Virus record (IMG/VR): IMGVR_UViG_3300017991_005548
Span: 62,001-126,000 of that record
Direction: 5' to 3' (one strand)
Length of the DNA: 64,000 nt
Part shown: positions 17,377 to 27,538 of the stretch, piece by piece
Layout: each line of letters opens with the position of its first letter
Numbering within the stretch: the stretch's first letter is position 1
The notes under the pieces: model-generated
What the model was told of the DNA's origin: nothing
The model's database searches: none
What the model saw: the letters and a program-made list of their open reading frames with translations, nothing else
Translations under genes and position numbers: made by a program

Positions 17377-18690
17377 ATGGCAAACAGAATATTTGACGAT
17401 TATCAGGGACCATCTGTAAAAGTAAATGGTGTCTGTTATAAATTTATAGGAGAAACAACTTCTTCTGTAAATTCATACCCAACTCAAATCCAAGGAACTT
17501 TTGACTCTTGCCTAGAGTGTGCTTTAGAAAGTTCATCTTCTGAAAGTACTGTATCTTCGTCTTCAGAATCATTTGATAATGTAAGTACATCTTCAGAATC
17601 AATCAACAATAATTCATCTTCAAGTTCATATATTTGTGAGAACGCAGAAGTTAATCAAGTTGTTCCAGCTTTTAATCAAATAACAATTACACCTCCAACT
17701 TTATGGAGTTCTCAGTTCCCAACAGGTAAAGTTTGTGTTGATGAAACTCATGAAGGAAATTATGAAAACCATGGTGCAGTTGATTTAATCACTTTTGATA
17801 ATGAGGGAGCGGCAAGTACTTTTTCTTCTGGACAATCCATTCAAGTGTGTGAGGGACCATGCCCTCCTGTTTCCAGTAGTTCAAGTTCTGAAGGATATTC
17901 TGAATCAAGTTCTTCAAGTTATGTTCCACCTGATTTAACAGGAAGGTCGATATATGTGGGCAACGGCAACTCTCTTACCCAATTAGATCCAGTTGTTGGA
18001 GATCTTTTGGAAGATCCAGCTACTCAAGGAAATCAAATCGTCTGGGGTGGATGGTTCCAAGGGTTACAGGGTTCAAGTGGAGCATATTGGTTTTGGATAG
18101 AGAATGAATGGAGATTAGGAAAAGATGTCGCTGGAAACTCTCAATCATATGTTCGTTTAAATGGAGAGTGGCAATGGTCAAGACCTGCAAGTGGCCCCGC
18201 AAGAGGTGGTTGGCAACACTTAATGTGGTCATGGACCCCTTATTCCAATGAAGATGGTGGAATAGCTCAATATGCTTCTTATTGGAATGGGCTTGCATGG
18301 ACCCCATATAGAACTTTTAATGGAACTTTCTCATTCACGAATCCTGGTGGAGGAACAATATTCTATGATACAGAACCCAATTTTGGGATAAGGGCTACTG
18401 GTGTAGGAGTTTGGTCATTTCCTTATGAAAGTCAAATGACCAGAGCACAGATAGCCTCTTGGTGTACTAGTATGAAAAACGATTATACAACTATAAATTA
18501 CTATAATATGAATGAAGCAACTTACAAGAAAAGCAATATTATTCATTTTTGGAATTTTAACGAACCTAGTGATGGAAGTTCTCCAGTAACAAGATATGAT
18601 GTTGTAGGAGAAAAACATTGGACAGATAATGACAATGGTAGTGGATATGTAACTAGTGCTACAGTAATCCCAACAGAAGTTCCATCTTAA
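17377..18690 (+). CDS. repeat-family protein 2 (LamG-like C-domain)
   Basis: Same N-domain; GGWF...WQHLMWSW...HFWNFNE. Confidence 0.65.
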   Translation: MANRIFDDYQGPSVKVNGVCYKFIGETTSSVNSYPTQIQGTFDSCLECALESSSSESTVSSSSESFDNVSTSSESINNNSSSSSYICENAEVNQVVPAFNQITITPPTLWSSQFPTGKVCVDETHEGNYENHGAVDLITFDNEGAASTFSSGQSIQVCEGPCPPVSSSSSSEGYSESSSSSYVPPDLTGRSIYVGNGNSLTQLDPVVGDLLEDPATQGNQIVWGGWFQGLQGSSGAYWFWIENEWRLGKDVAGNSQSYVRLNGEWQWSRPASGPARGGWQHLMWSWTPYSNEDGGIAQYASYWNGLAWTPYRTFNGTFSFTNPGGGTIFYDTEPNFGIRATGVGVWSFPYESQMTRAQIASWCTSMKNDYTTINYYNMNEATYKKSNIIHFWNFNEPSDGSSPVTRYDVVGEKHWTDNDNGSGYVTSATVIPTEVPS

Positions 18691-18700
18691 GGGGTAAATT

Positions 18701-20044
18701 ATGGCTAACAGAATATTTGATGACTATCAAGGAGCATCCGTTAAAATAAACGGCATTTGCTACAAATTTATAGGGGAAACTACACGTTCTGTAAATTCTC
18801 AACCTCAAGAAATTGAAGAAACTTATGATAGTTGTTTAGCTTGTGCTATTGAGTCAAGTTCATCAGAAAGTACTCAGTCTTCCAGTTCAGAATCAATTGG
18901 AAATACTAGTTCATCTTCTGAATCATTTGGTAATGAGTCATCTTCAAGCTCTCAACCATGTGTTGATTGCGAGATATCTATTATTTCAATTGCGGGGAAT
19001 AAATTGTGGATTTCTCCTCCAACAATTTTTATCTCTGGAACGATCCCCTCACCTAGCCCAGTTTGTGTTGATGATATTTATGAAGCAAATTATAGAAACA
19101 TGGGAAATGAAGATGAGATTGAATTTGTAGGTGCTGGAGTGGCGAGTAAATTTTCTGTTGGACAAATTATTGAAGTTTGCGAAGGTAATTGTGTTGGAAC
19201 TAGTTCTTCAAGCTCTGAAGGATATTCTGAATCAAGTTCTTCAAGTTATGAGCCACCTGCACAACGTAGCGTCAATGTTGTAAGAACGGATGGCTCTACA
19301 GTCAATCGTGGCAGGATTATATATGATGGTGGACCACTCGCATCACCGACAGAACATTGGACACAGCAAGGAACGCAGAAGATCTATTCAATATGGTCTC
19401 GCTGGACTTACGTATCCAATGTTTGGAACTACACAGAAAGCGGCTCAGCCCCTTTAGTCAATTTTGGGACTGGAAACTTCTCAGCCCGTCAGATGCGCGT
19501 TGGCTTAGCCAACCTTACGATGTATAACTCAGTAAGGATAAGTGGTGATAATAGTTTCCAGTGGTATCATGCTCTTTATGCATGGACACCAATAGGCGTT
19601 TGGCATGATGACTACATGTTGGCCTACCGTGATGGCAATGTAGGCTTCAAGTTCCCAGACAGCAGAAATACAGAACTTACATCTCCTGCCGCTACTACGT
19701 GTATATTGGGGGCAGGAGGAGGACCTAGTCACTACTGTTGTATGGGCATGTGGGACTTTCCATATGGTGATCACCTTTCTAAGGCAGAAGTTCAGGCTTT
19801 AGCTGTTTACCTTTATAATGGCGGCACTGCATTACAATATGAGAATCTGAGTGATGTTCCAGCGTATTTAGACAACATGACACATTTCTGGAATTTAAAT
19901 GAGTATTCTGATGGCACATCGCCTGTGACTTACGAAGATAAAGTTGGAAATGCCGACTTCATAGGTGACCTATCGCCAGCATCCCCTGAGTATGGCCCCT
20001 TTAGCACCTACCCGATATCAACAACAGACTTCCCATCATCTTAA
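18701..20044 (+). CDS. repeat-family protein 3 (LamG-like C-domain)
   Basis: Same N-domain; YSIWSR...WYHALYAW...HFWNLNE. Confidence 0.65.
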   Translation: MANRIFDDYQGASVKINGICYKFIGETTRSVNSQPQEIEETYDSCLACAIESSSSESTQSSSSESIGNTSSSSESFGNESSSSSQPCVDCEISIISIAGNKLWISPPTIFISGTIPSPSPVCVDDIYEANYRNMGNEDEIEFVGAGVASKFSVGQIIEVCEGNCVGTSSSSSEGYSESSSSSYEPPAQRSVNVVRTDGSTVNRGRIIYDGGPLASPTEHWTQQGTQKIYSIWSRWTYVSNVWNYTESGSAPLVNFGTGNFSARQMRVGLANLTMYNSVRISGDNSFQWYHALYAWTPIGVWHDDYMLAYRDGNVGFKFPDSRNTELTSPAATTCILGAGGGPSHYCCMGMWDFPYGDHLSKAEVQALAVYLYNGGTALQYENLSDVPAYLDNMTHFWNLNEYSDGTSPVTYEDKVGNADFIGDLSPASPEYGPFSTYPISTTDFPSS

Positions 20045-20073
20045 GGAATAAATTATGACAAAAGGAATAAATT

Positions 20074-20766
20074 ATGGCTAACAAAATATTTGATGATTAC
20101 CAAGGGCCATCTATTAAAATAAATGGAGTGTGCTACAAGTTTATAGGTGAAACTACAGAACCCTTCGACTCTAACCCAAGTGAAATTGAAGGAGAATTTG
20201 ACTCATGCCTTGCTTGTGCTTTAGAATCTAGTTCTTCAAATTCATCTGAAAGTATAGGTAACTTTTCAACATCAAGTTCAAGTAGCTCAAGCGAAGTGCC
20301 TGTTGTTCTTGGAAATGGAGAAACAGTAGATGTTGATGAAGTCCTTGGTGCAGGACATTATGGAAGGGTTCAAATCACTTATACTGGAGATCCTACTCCA
20401 CCCAACGCCGCTGGTGTTGTGACAGTAAACAATGTCAGCTACAACATAGCCAATGAAGATCCTGATTTTGCTTGGGATTACGACGATGCACAAAATGGTA
20501 GGCATGTGTTCACAGTTATTGGAGAGACTATCCACAGAACGGCTGATGGTAAAGAGTTTTCGGTAACTTGGGATGGTACTGGTAGTATAATCTTTACGGT
20601 AGATGTTGAAGACATTAACAAGTCAAGCAGTAGCTCAAGTTCTTCAAGTTTTGATGATTTTAAAGCGTGGAATGATTTCGCTACTGATGGGCCAAAACCT
20701 AAGACTTGGGCAGACATGAGTAATAGTGGTGACTATCCAAGAACCTGGTCTGAACTACAAAGTTAA
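20074..20766 (+). CDS. repeat-family protein 4
   Basis: Same N-domain, different C-domain. Confidence 0.6.
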   Translation: MANKIFDDYQGPSIKINGVCYKFIGETTEPFDSNPSEIEGEFDSCLACALESSSSNSSESIGNFSTSSSSSSSEVPVVLGNGETVDVDEVLGAGHYGRVQITYTGDPTPPNAAGVVTVNNVSYNIANEDPDFAWDYDDAQNGRHVFTVIGETIHRTADGKEFSVTWDGTGSIIFTVDVEDINKSSSSSSSSSFDDFKAWNDFATDGPKPKTWADMSNSGDYPRTWSELQS

Positions 20767-20775
20767 GGAGTAAAA

Positions 20776-21480
20776 ATGGCACAAATATTAGATACAGATT
20801 ATGTTGGTGATAGTTTAGATAAACTATTATTGAATTCAAATACAACAGTAAATTTAACAAGTTCTCAAACTGCTACTCAAATACAAGCTGAGATTAATGC
20901 ACAACCTAAGAATTTGAATGGTTACGACCTGACATTTCAGTTTGCAGATGGGACTTATGCGCTGGATGCGGCATTGACGTTTAAGGGATTCCATGGTGGG
21001 ACATTTAAAATATATGGTAATGCTTCTGATAATAGTCTATCAACTTCGAAATCGGTTGATTTAACTTTCAACAACAACACTAGCGGGATAATTGTGGACT
21101 CATGTTCGCGAGTAGAAATCTACTACTGTGATATCAGTCATAACACAGATGTTAATACAACATATGGTGTGCATGCTACAGATATCCCAGATATATATGT
21201 CAGGTATTGTTACATTCATGGGAACAGCAATGTTCGTGGCTCAAATGCTCAGTTTTTACGATCACTCGGCGTATTTCGTGATAACTATGTCAGCAACGTT
21301 CAGTATGCCTTATTTGTAGCAAATTCAGCAACAATATACTGTCAAAATTGTGACGATACTGGAACTCAGCCTGCGTATGGTTTGTATTCAGTCGGAGCTT
21401 CAACAATTGGAAAAAACGGTACTCAACCATCTGGAAGCACCGCCAATGAAAGTTCTGCATCTGGCGGCGTAATCCGATAA
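20776..21480 (+). CDS. beta-helix-like paralog 1 (possible fiber/depolymerase module)
   Basis: DYVGDSLDKLLLN...QPKNLNG..LTFQFADGTY...GFHGG...DDTGTQP...GGVIR. Confidence 0.6.
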   Translation: MAQILDTDYVGDSLDKLLLNSNTTVNLTSSQTATQIQAEINAQPKNLNGYDLTFQFADGTYALDAALTFKGFHGGTFKIYGNASDNSLSTSKSVDLTFNNNTSGIIVDSCSRVEIYYCDISHNTDVNTTYGVHATDIPDIYVRYCYIHGNSNVRGSNAQFLRSLGVFRDNYVSNVQYALFVANSATIYCQNCDDTGTQPAYGLYSVGASTIGKNGTQPSGSTANESSASGGVIR

Positions 21481-21498
21481 ATAAGGAGATTTTTTCAA

Positions 21499-22200
21499 AT
21501 GGCAGTTATACAAGATAGTGATTATGTTGGAGATTCATTGGGGAAGTTGTTGTTAAATGAGAATACTACAGTAAATCTCAATTCTTCAATGAGTGCTAGT
21601 GAAATTCAGGGGTTAATTGATGGTCAGCCTAAGAATTTGAATGGATTTAATTTAAATTTTCAATTTGGTGATGGAACATATACGTTGGATAGTCAGCTTT
21701 TATTTACTGGATTTTTTGGAGGAACTGTTCGTGCATATGGTAACTCATCTGACAATTCTTTGAGTACCAGTAAGAATGTAGTGCTTAACTTCAACAGCAA
21801 TTCAGAAGGTGTTATTGCAAGTAAATGTATGGATTTTGATGTTCGATATATGGAAATCTCAGTACAATCAAGTTCCAATTTTCGCAGATGCACTTATGGG
21901 ATTGCTTGTCCTAGATTCAATGTTTTGTATTGTTATTTGCGAGGGAATTCTACATCTTTAGGTGCCTCAATATATGTAAGTCATGGCACATCATATACTT
22001 CAGGCAACTATGTGTCGAATATCCAGAATGGTATTTATGCGGGTTGGTGTTCGAAAATTGGCAGTGATGGGAATGATGATACAGGTACTCAACCAGCATA
22101 TGGGTTGTATGCTCTTGGTGGTGGTGTTATAGCAAAAAATGGGACACAGCCTTCAGGTAGCACAAATGAAGGAACAGCAACTGGTGGGGAGATTCGATAA
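21499..22200 (+). CDS. beta-helix-like paralog 2
   Basis: Same conserved termini. Confidence 0.6.
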   Translation: MAVIQDSDYVGDSLGKLLLNENTTVNLNSSMSASEIQGLIDGQPKNLNGFNLNFQFGDGTYTLDSQLLFTGFFGGTVRAYGNSSDNSLSTSKNVVLNFNSNSEGVIASKCMDFDVRYMEISVQSSSNFRRCTYGIACPRFNVLYCYLRGNSTSLGASIYVSHGTSYTSGNYVSNIQNGIYAGWCSKIGSDGNDDTGTQPAYGLYALGGGVIAKNGTQPSGSTNEGTATGGEIR

Positions 22201-22898
22201 TGGCTACAATTTCAGAAAGTGATTATGTAGGGGATTCGTTAAGTAAGTTGCTCTTAAATGAGAATACAACAGTAAATTTAAATAGTTCGATGAGTGCTAC
22301 TCAAATACAAGCAGAGATAGATGCTCAACCTAAGAATTTGAATGGTTTTGATTTAACGTTCAAGTTTGCGGATGGTACATACACGCTGGCTTCTGGTTTG
22401 ACTTTTAGCGGATTTCATGGGGGGCAAACACTCATCAACGGAAATGCTTCTGACAATACCCTGTCTACCACCAAATCTGTATTTTTGGATGCAGATGGTG
22501 CTACTGGGGAGAATGCTATTACAGTTGAAGAGTGTGACCTCGTTTACATCCAGTACTTAAAAATAGAATTTGATAGTGCTACTGGTAGGGGCGTTAGGCT
22601 AAGGTCTTCGAATTTCTATGTTGATGCGTGTTACATTTTAGGAGATAGCACATCAAATGGTGAATGCATACAGGCTGATTATGGCGCAGGAGCGGTAAGG
22701 CGTTGCTATTTAAGTAACGCGGAAAATGGAATCAGGGCAACTTATGGATCTTGTGGATCAATTGACAACGATGATACAGGTACGGCTCCAGCATACGGTT
22801 TATATGCCTTGTATGGAGCAACGATTGGGAAAAGTGGTACGCAACCCTCTGGATCGACTGCAAACGAGCAAGCTTTCGGTGGCGGCGCAATCCGATAA
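22200..22898 (+). CDS. beta-helix-like paralog 3
   Basis: Same conserved termini. Confidence 0.6.
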   Translation: MATISESDYVGDSLSKLLLNENTTVNLNSSMSATQIQAEIDAQPKNLNGFDLTFKFADGTYTLASGLTFSGFHGGQTLINGNASDNTLSTTKSVFLDADGATGENAITVEECDLVYIQYLKIEFDSATGRGVRLRSSNFYVDACYILGDSTSNGECIQADYGAGAVRRCYLSNAENGIRATYGSCGSIDNDDTGTAPAYGLYALYGATIGKSGTQPSGSTANEQAFGGGAIR

Positions 22899-22916
22899 AT
22901 TTAAGGAGATTTTCAA

Positions 22917-23024
22917 ATGGCACAAATATTAGATACAGATTATGTAGGTGATAGTTTAGACAAATTGTTATTGAATCCGAATACAACAGTAAAAGGAACA
23001 GCAACTGGAGGAGTAATAAGATAA
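22917..23024 (+). pseudogene. internally deleted beta-helix paralog (35 aa)
   Basis: MAQILDTDYVGDSLDKLLLNPNTTV fused in frame to KGTATGGVIR; RBS AAGGAG kept. Confidence 0.7.
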
Positions 23025-23746
23025 TGGGTGGACCAAATATTCAAACAAGCGATTATGTAGGTGATAGTCTTGATAAGTTGATCCTTTCAAATAACAAGAC
23101 TGTCAATCTCGACAACTCAATGAGTACAAGTGAGATTCTGGCGTTAGTGAATGATCAACCTCGCAATCTTAATGGCTACACTCTGACGTTTCAGTTTGCA
23201 GATGGCACCTACAATTTGAGCAATACATTGGACTTCCGAGGGTTTCATGGCGGAACTTTGTATATCCATGGGAATACAAGTGAAACTGATGCAACCGTTA
23301 AGCATACTACTCAGCAAGTCCATCTTAATGGCGCTTCAGTTGATGGGAATGTCATATTTGTATTTAGTTGTCAAAGTTACATCCAGATAAGGAATTTGAA
23401 GGTAACAGTTAAGGATTACAACAATGCAGGTGGGATCGTTGTACAAGGCTGTTGTCAAATTTTCATCCAATACAATTATGTTGTTGGTAGTGGGAAGTCA
23501 AATGCGAGGGCGGCAATTAGAGTTGATACATCGATTGGTGGAGTTTATTCGAATTATGTGAGCAATATTCCTTATGGGATTGATTGTAATTTCGGAAAAA
23601 TTTATTCTTATGACAATGATGACACTGGGACTCAACCTAACTATGGGCTGTTAGCTGGCTCTGGTGCAACAATTGGAAAAGGAAGTACTCAACCAACTGG
23701 TTCAATATCCAATGAAACAACAGGAAATGGAGCAGTGATAAGATAA
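23024..23746 (+). CDS. beta-helix-like paralog 4
   Basis: Same conserved termini. Confidence 0.6.
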   Translation: MGGPNIQTSDYVGDSLDKLILSNNKTVNLDNSMSTSEILALVNDQPRNLNGYTLTFQFADGTYNLSNTLDFRGFHGGTLYIHGNTSETDATVKHTTQQVHLNGASVDGNVIFVFSCQSYIQIRNLKVTVKDYNNAGGIVVQGCCQIFIQYNYVVGSGKSNARAAIRVDTSIGGVYSNYVSNIPYGIDCNFGKIYSYDNDDTGTQPNYGLLAGSGATIGKGSTQPTGSISNETTGNGAVIR

Positions 23747-23856
23747 TGACACAGATATTAGATACAGATTACGTTGGTGATAGTTTAGATAAGTTGTTAT
23801 TGAATTCAAATACAACAGTCAATTTAACATTAAAAGCAAAAAGGGAAAAGACATGA
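23746..23856 (+). pseudogene. truncated beta-helix paralog (36 aa)
   Basis: MTQILDTDYVGDSLDKLLLNSNTTVNLT then unrelated tail. Confidence 0.65.
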
Positions 23857-24041
23857 ATACATTTATAGCACGAAAGGATAACGGTGATAAAATTTCCTTC
23901 TTAGAAGGAAATTTTAAACTTGGTGGATTAAATCCAGAATATGAAGCAAAGTATTGTGATTGTGATGAGAACACAACCAATACTTCGGAAATCGCAGATT
24001 GGGACACCGCTTTGGATGTGTCATATGTAATTGATGAATAA
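23853..24041 (+). CDS. hypothetical protein
   Basis: ORF track, ATGA-coupled. Confidence 0.4.
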   Translation: MNTFIARKDNGDKISFLEGNFKLGGLNPEYEAKYCDCDENTTNTSEIADWDTALDVSYVIDE

Positions 24042-24233
24042 GAAGGAGAGACAATAAAATGGGCGCTTTTATTATTTGTTTATTGTTAATTGGTCTCCTA
24101 ATACTAATTTGTAATTTATTAACACCAAAACTCATTGTTGTTACAAAAGCGGCAAAACTAGAAAGACGTTTTAATAATTATAGGCAAATTATTTTTCTTT
24201 TAGAGATAGAAGATAATTAATTAGGAATAAATT

Positions 24234-25706
24234 ATGGTAAACAGAATATTTGACGATTATCAAGGACCATCCATTAAAATAAATGGAGTCTGTTATAAAT
24301 GGGCTGGGGAAACAACTGAACCCTTTAATTCTCACCCCAGTGAAATTGAAGGAACTTTTGATACTTGCTTGGAATGTGCAATAGAAAGTTCTTCAAGTTT
24401 GTCTTCTGAATCTGAGTCCTCTGAATCAATTAATAACTTTAGCTCTTCTTCTGAATCAATTGAAAATACTTCATCAAGTGAATCAATTGCATGTCAAGAA
24501 GGAGATATCCAATTTGTGCTAAGTCAAGCAAACGCATTACAATTCTCTCCCCCAGTATTTCAAGGAGCCATTGACGAAGGAATTGTTTGTATTGATGGAA
24601 TTCGAGAGGGAACTTACACAAACTATGGGCAGGAAGATCTTATTGTTTTGAGTGACCCAGGAGCTTATGTGAATTATACTGCTGGACAAACTGTTGAAGT
24701 TTGTGAAGGGCAATGTCCTCAAGTTTCAAGTTCTTCAAGTTCTGAAGCATATAGTTCAGAGAGTTCAAGTAGTTCGTTCCCTGAAGGTATATTCTTAAAA
24801 ATGGAATACGATGCAAGTACGAGTCTTACAACACAGCTTCGATTCGATAATGTAATTGATTACGGAGATGCTATTATATATTGGGGAGATGGAGATACTA
24901 CTGATATTAGTGGTACTGGGAACGGTACAGAAAACCATGTTTATGATTCTAGTGGAACCTATGAGGTTAAAATAAGTGCTACTGGCAATTTTTGGTTAGG
25001 ACAATCTACCACTACTTCATATCGAACAGGGTATAAAAAAATTACCCAATGGGGAGATGTAAAATGGTCCAGATGTGATTTCTCCTTTGCCAACCTTCCA
25101 GACCTAGAGGTGACAGCAACAGATTATCCTGATTTATCAAATGTAACAGATGTTAGATATATGCTTGCTGGTTGTACGAATATGGTTGGAGACCAGCATG
25201 ACTGGGCATGGGATATGACAGGAGTAACTGATTTAAGCCACATGTTTCAGAATTCTCTTGCTTTTAACGGCACTGTTCAAAACTTTAGCAACATGGGAGA
25301 TGCAGAGAACCTGTCGTTCATGTTTGTGGGGAATGGCAGAAGTAATCCTGGTTCGTTCAATCAACCGATTGGAGTTTGGGATACATCTAGTGTAACAGAT
25401 ATAACTCAAATGTTACAATATCAGCCTGATTTTGATCAGGATTTATCAAACTGGGATGTTAGTAACGTGACAGATACTGCTCAATTTATGGAGAATTTTG
25501 GTGTTGAAGAGTTATCAAATGCAAACTATAACGCACTTCTGATTTCATGGGGTGGACAATCATTAATCTCTCATGGCGATACTATTTCTTTTGGAAAAAG
25601 TAAGTATACAGATGACAGCGGAGATTGCCCAAGTTGTCCTATTACAACAGGCAGAAGTGCTATAGCGGCGGCATGGGGTACATTACGAGATGGTGGGTCT
25701 GTTTAA
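24234..25706 (+). CDS. repeat-family protein 5 with PKD-like and BspA/DUF285-like repeats
   Basis: Shared N-domain; IYWGDG...HVYDSSGTYEV; FNQPIGVWDTSSVTD...FDQDLSNWDVSNVT. Confidence 0.7.
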   Translation: MVNRIFDDYQGPSIKINGVCYKWAGETTEPFNSHPSEIEGTFDTCLECAIESSSSLSSESESSESINNFSSSSESIENTSSSESIACQEGDIQFVLSQANALQFSPPVFQGAIDEGIVCIDGIREGTYTNYGQEDLIVLSDPGAYVNYTAGQTVEVCEGQCPQVSSSSSSEAYSSESSSSSFPEGIFLKMEYDASTSLTTQLRFDNVIDYGDAIIYWGDGDTTDISGTGNGTENHVYDSSGTYEVKISATGNFWLGQSTTTSYRTGYKKITQWGDVKWSRCDFSFANLPDLEVTATDYPDLSNVTDVRYMLAGCTNMVGDQHDWAWDMTGVTDLSHMFQNSLAFNGTVQNFSNMGDAENLSFMFVGNGRSNPGSFNQPIGVWDTSSVTDITQMLQYQPDFDQDLSNWDVSNVTDTAQFMENFGVEELSNANYNALLISWGGQSLISHGDTISFGKSKYTDDSGDCPSCPITTGRSAIAAAWGTLRDGGSV

Positions 25707-25716
25707 GGAGTAAATT

Positions 25717-26307
25717 ATGGCTAACAGAATATTTGATGATTATCAAGGAGCATCCGTTAAAATAAACGGTATTTGCTATAAATTTATTGGAGAAACAACA
25801 AGACCATTTGATTCTCATCCAAGTGAAATTGAAGGAACTTTTGATACTTGTTTGGCATGTGCTGTTGAAAGTTCATCTTCAGAAAGTACCCAGTCTTCCA
25901 GTTCTGAATCAATTAATAACTTTAGCTCTTCTTCTGAATCAATTGAAAATACTTCATCAAGTGAATCAATTGCATGTCAAGAAGGAGATATCCAATTTGT
26001 GCTAAGTCAAGCAAACGCTTTGCAATTTTCTCCCCCAGTATTTTTCGGAGTTATTCCAGAAGGAACCGTTTGTGTTGATGGGGTACATGAAGGAACTTAT
26101 ACAAATTATGGTGGAGAAGATTTAATTGTTTTTAGTGATTCAGGAGCTTATCAAAGCTATACTGATGGACAAACCATTGAAGTTTGTGAAGGGGTTTGTT
26201 TGCCACAAGCAGTTTATAAGTATAGCAATCTACAACTGAATGTATCACCAAACACATATAGATATACTCCAGTTATAATTGAGTCAAGTTCATCAAGTTC
26301 AGGATAA
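25717..26307 (+). CDS. repeat-family protein 6
   Basis: Shared N-domain; ~110 bp near-identical to protein 5 (24421-24535 vs 25904-26018). Confidence 0.6.
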   Translation: MANRIFDDYQGASVKINGICYKFIGETTRPFDSHPSEIEGTFDTCLACAVESSSSESTQSSSSESINNFSSSSESIENTSSSESIACQEGDIQFVLSQANALQFSPPVFFGVIPEGTVCVDGVHEGTYTNYGGEDLIVFSDSGAYQSYTDGQTIEVCEGVCLPQAVYKYSNLQLNVSPNTYRYTPVIIESSSSSSG

Positions 26308-26322
26308 ATTTTAGGAGGATTT

Positions 26323-26805
26323 ATGGATTTATATTTTTTACAAGACCAAGGAGACGCTTTGGTTTATAATGACGGAATTGCATATGAGTTTGTTGAGCAA
26401 ACAGTTCAAGTCCCAAATGCAAGTGGAGCGCAAGTTATTGAAGGAAACATCTCTTCATTTAATTTCAGCATTGCTGACGCACAATTAAAAACAGCTTACA
26501 CTGCTGGTGAACATGCTTTGGCTTTTTATGTTGATGAAAATAAAATTGAAGTTGACATGCCCCTTGCCAACACTTGGTATACTTTCCCCGATGTTCCAGT
26601 TGCAGGAGTTATTCGGGTTTGGCAAACGGGAGCATTTTACCCAAACATAAAAATTAATGGTATTGATCAGGCCGTTAACGCAGGAACAAGCAAAGCTAGT
26701 GCAATGCCATACAATGTTGCTGTTGGAGATGTAATCGAAATACGAGAACCAACTACTAGTGGAAACACTGGGTACGGATATATATTGCCATTTGTTTATC
26801 CATAA
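26323..26805 (+). CDS. hypothetical beta-rich protein
   Basis: ORF track, RBS AGGAGG. Confidence 0.55.
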   Translation: MDLYFLQDQGDALVYNDGIAYEFVEQTVQVPNASGAQVIEGNISSFNFSIADAQLKTAYTAGEHALAFYVDENKIEVDMPLANTWYTFPDVPVAGVIRVWQTGAFYPNIKINGIDQAVNAGTSKASAMPYNVAVGDVIEIREPTTSGNTGYGYILPFVYP

Positions 26806-26826
26806 ATTGGGCGCAAGGATTGAATT

Positions 26827-26856
26827 AAAAAAGGGTGGACTAAGTCCACCCTTTAA
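26827..26856. terminator. probable bidirectional terminator
   Basis: AAAAAAGGGTGGAC-TAA-GTCCACCCTTT between convergent genes. Confidence 0.75.
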
Positions 26857-26864
26857 CATTTACT

Positions 26865-27194
26865 TCATTCAGTTAGTACAGGGATCTTCTTCGGTTTGCC
26901 CCTACTAGACTTCGGCAAACTAATTTTAAGAACTCCATTGTCTAAAGCACTTTTTATCTTACTTACCGCAACATCATTTGGAAGTCTGAAGGATAAATCT
27001 TTTTTGCCATAAGCTCTCTTCCTATATCCACCTTCTTTATCTCGTTCCCAAGAAATGTCCAAATAATTGTCCTTTGCATAAACCTCTACTTTGTCCTTCT
27101 CGACACCTGGCATATCAACTCTTACTTCATAGCTTTCATCATTTGTCCAAGTGTCATACTCAACGTCTCTGTTAAAAAAGAAATCAGAATACAT
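26865..27194 (-). CDS. small heat shock protein (Hsp20)
   Basis: DMPGVEK...LSFRLP...ALDNGVLKISLPK. Confidence 0.85.
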   Translation of the reverse strand: MYSDFFFNRDVEYDTWTNDESYEVRVDMPGVEKDKVEVYAKDNYLDISWERDKEGGYRKRAYGKKDLSFRLPNDVAVSKIKSALDNGVLKISLPKSSRGKPKKIPVLTE

Positions 27195-27324
27195 AACTTG
27201 TTCCTCCTTTAGTTAGTTTGTTATGCAATTTTACTAAAAAGCAAAACACATGCCAACTCTATTTAAGCAGGAATCTAGGTAAGAAAAGGGACAGTTTGAC
27301 ACATATAAGTGAGACAAATGGGCG

Positions 27325-27352
27325 CAAAAAAGCGCCATCCTAAAATGGCGCT
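27325..27352 (-). terminator. terminator of the Arg-to-His tRNA operon
   Basis: AGCGCCAT-TTTAGG-ATGGCGCT + U run. Confidence 0.75.
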
Positions 27353-27358
27353 TGAGTT

Positions 27359-27450
27359 TGGGCGCAAGGACGGAATTCGAATCCGTAGGGGAGATTACCT
27401 CCAACAGGGTCACAACCTGTCACGCTAAGCCAATTACGTTCTACCTTGCG
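27359..27450 (-). tRNA. tRNA-His(GTG) with long variable arm
   Basis: ACAGG-TTGTGAC-CCTGT; V arm GGAG-GTAAT-CTCC; C73, CCA. Confidence 0.8.
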
Positions 27451-27451
27451 A

Positions 27452-27527
27452 TGGGCTACTCGACGGATCTTGAAACCGCAACCTCCAGGGCCACAACCTA
27501 GCGCTCTGCCTTTGAGCTACGAGTAGC
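27452..27527 (-). tRNA. tRNA-His(GTG)
   Basis: G-1:C73, loop TTGTGGC, CCA. Confidence 0.9.
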
Positions 27528-27538
27528 ATCAAATTGGT

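Noticed and set aside
16407-26307. Diversity-generating retroelement
   Set aside because: No reverse transcriptase in the window, and paralog differences are not adenine-specific TR/VR pairs.
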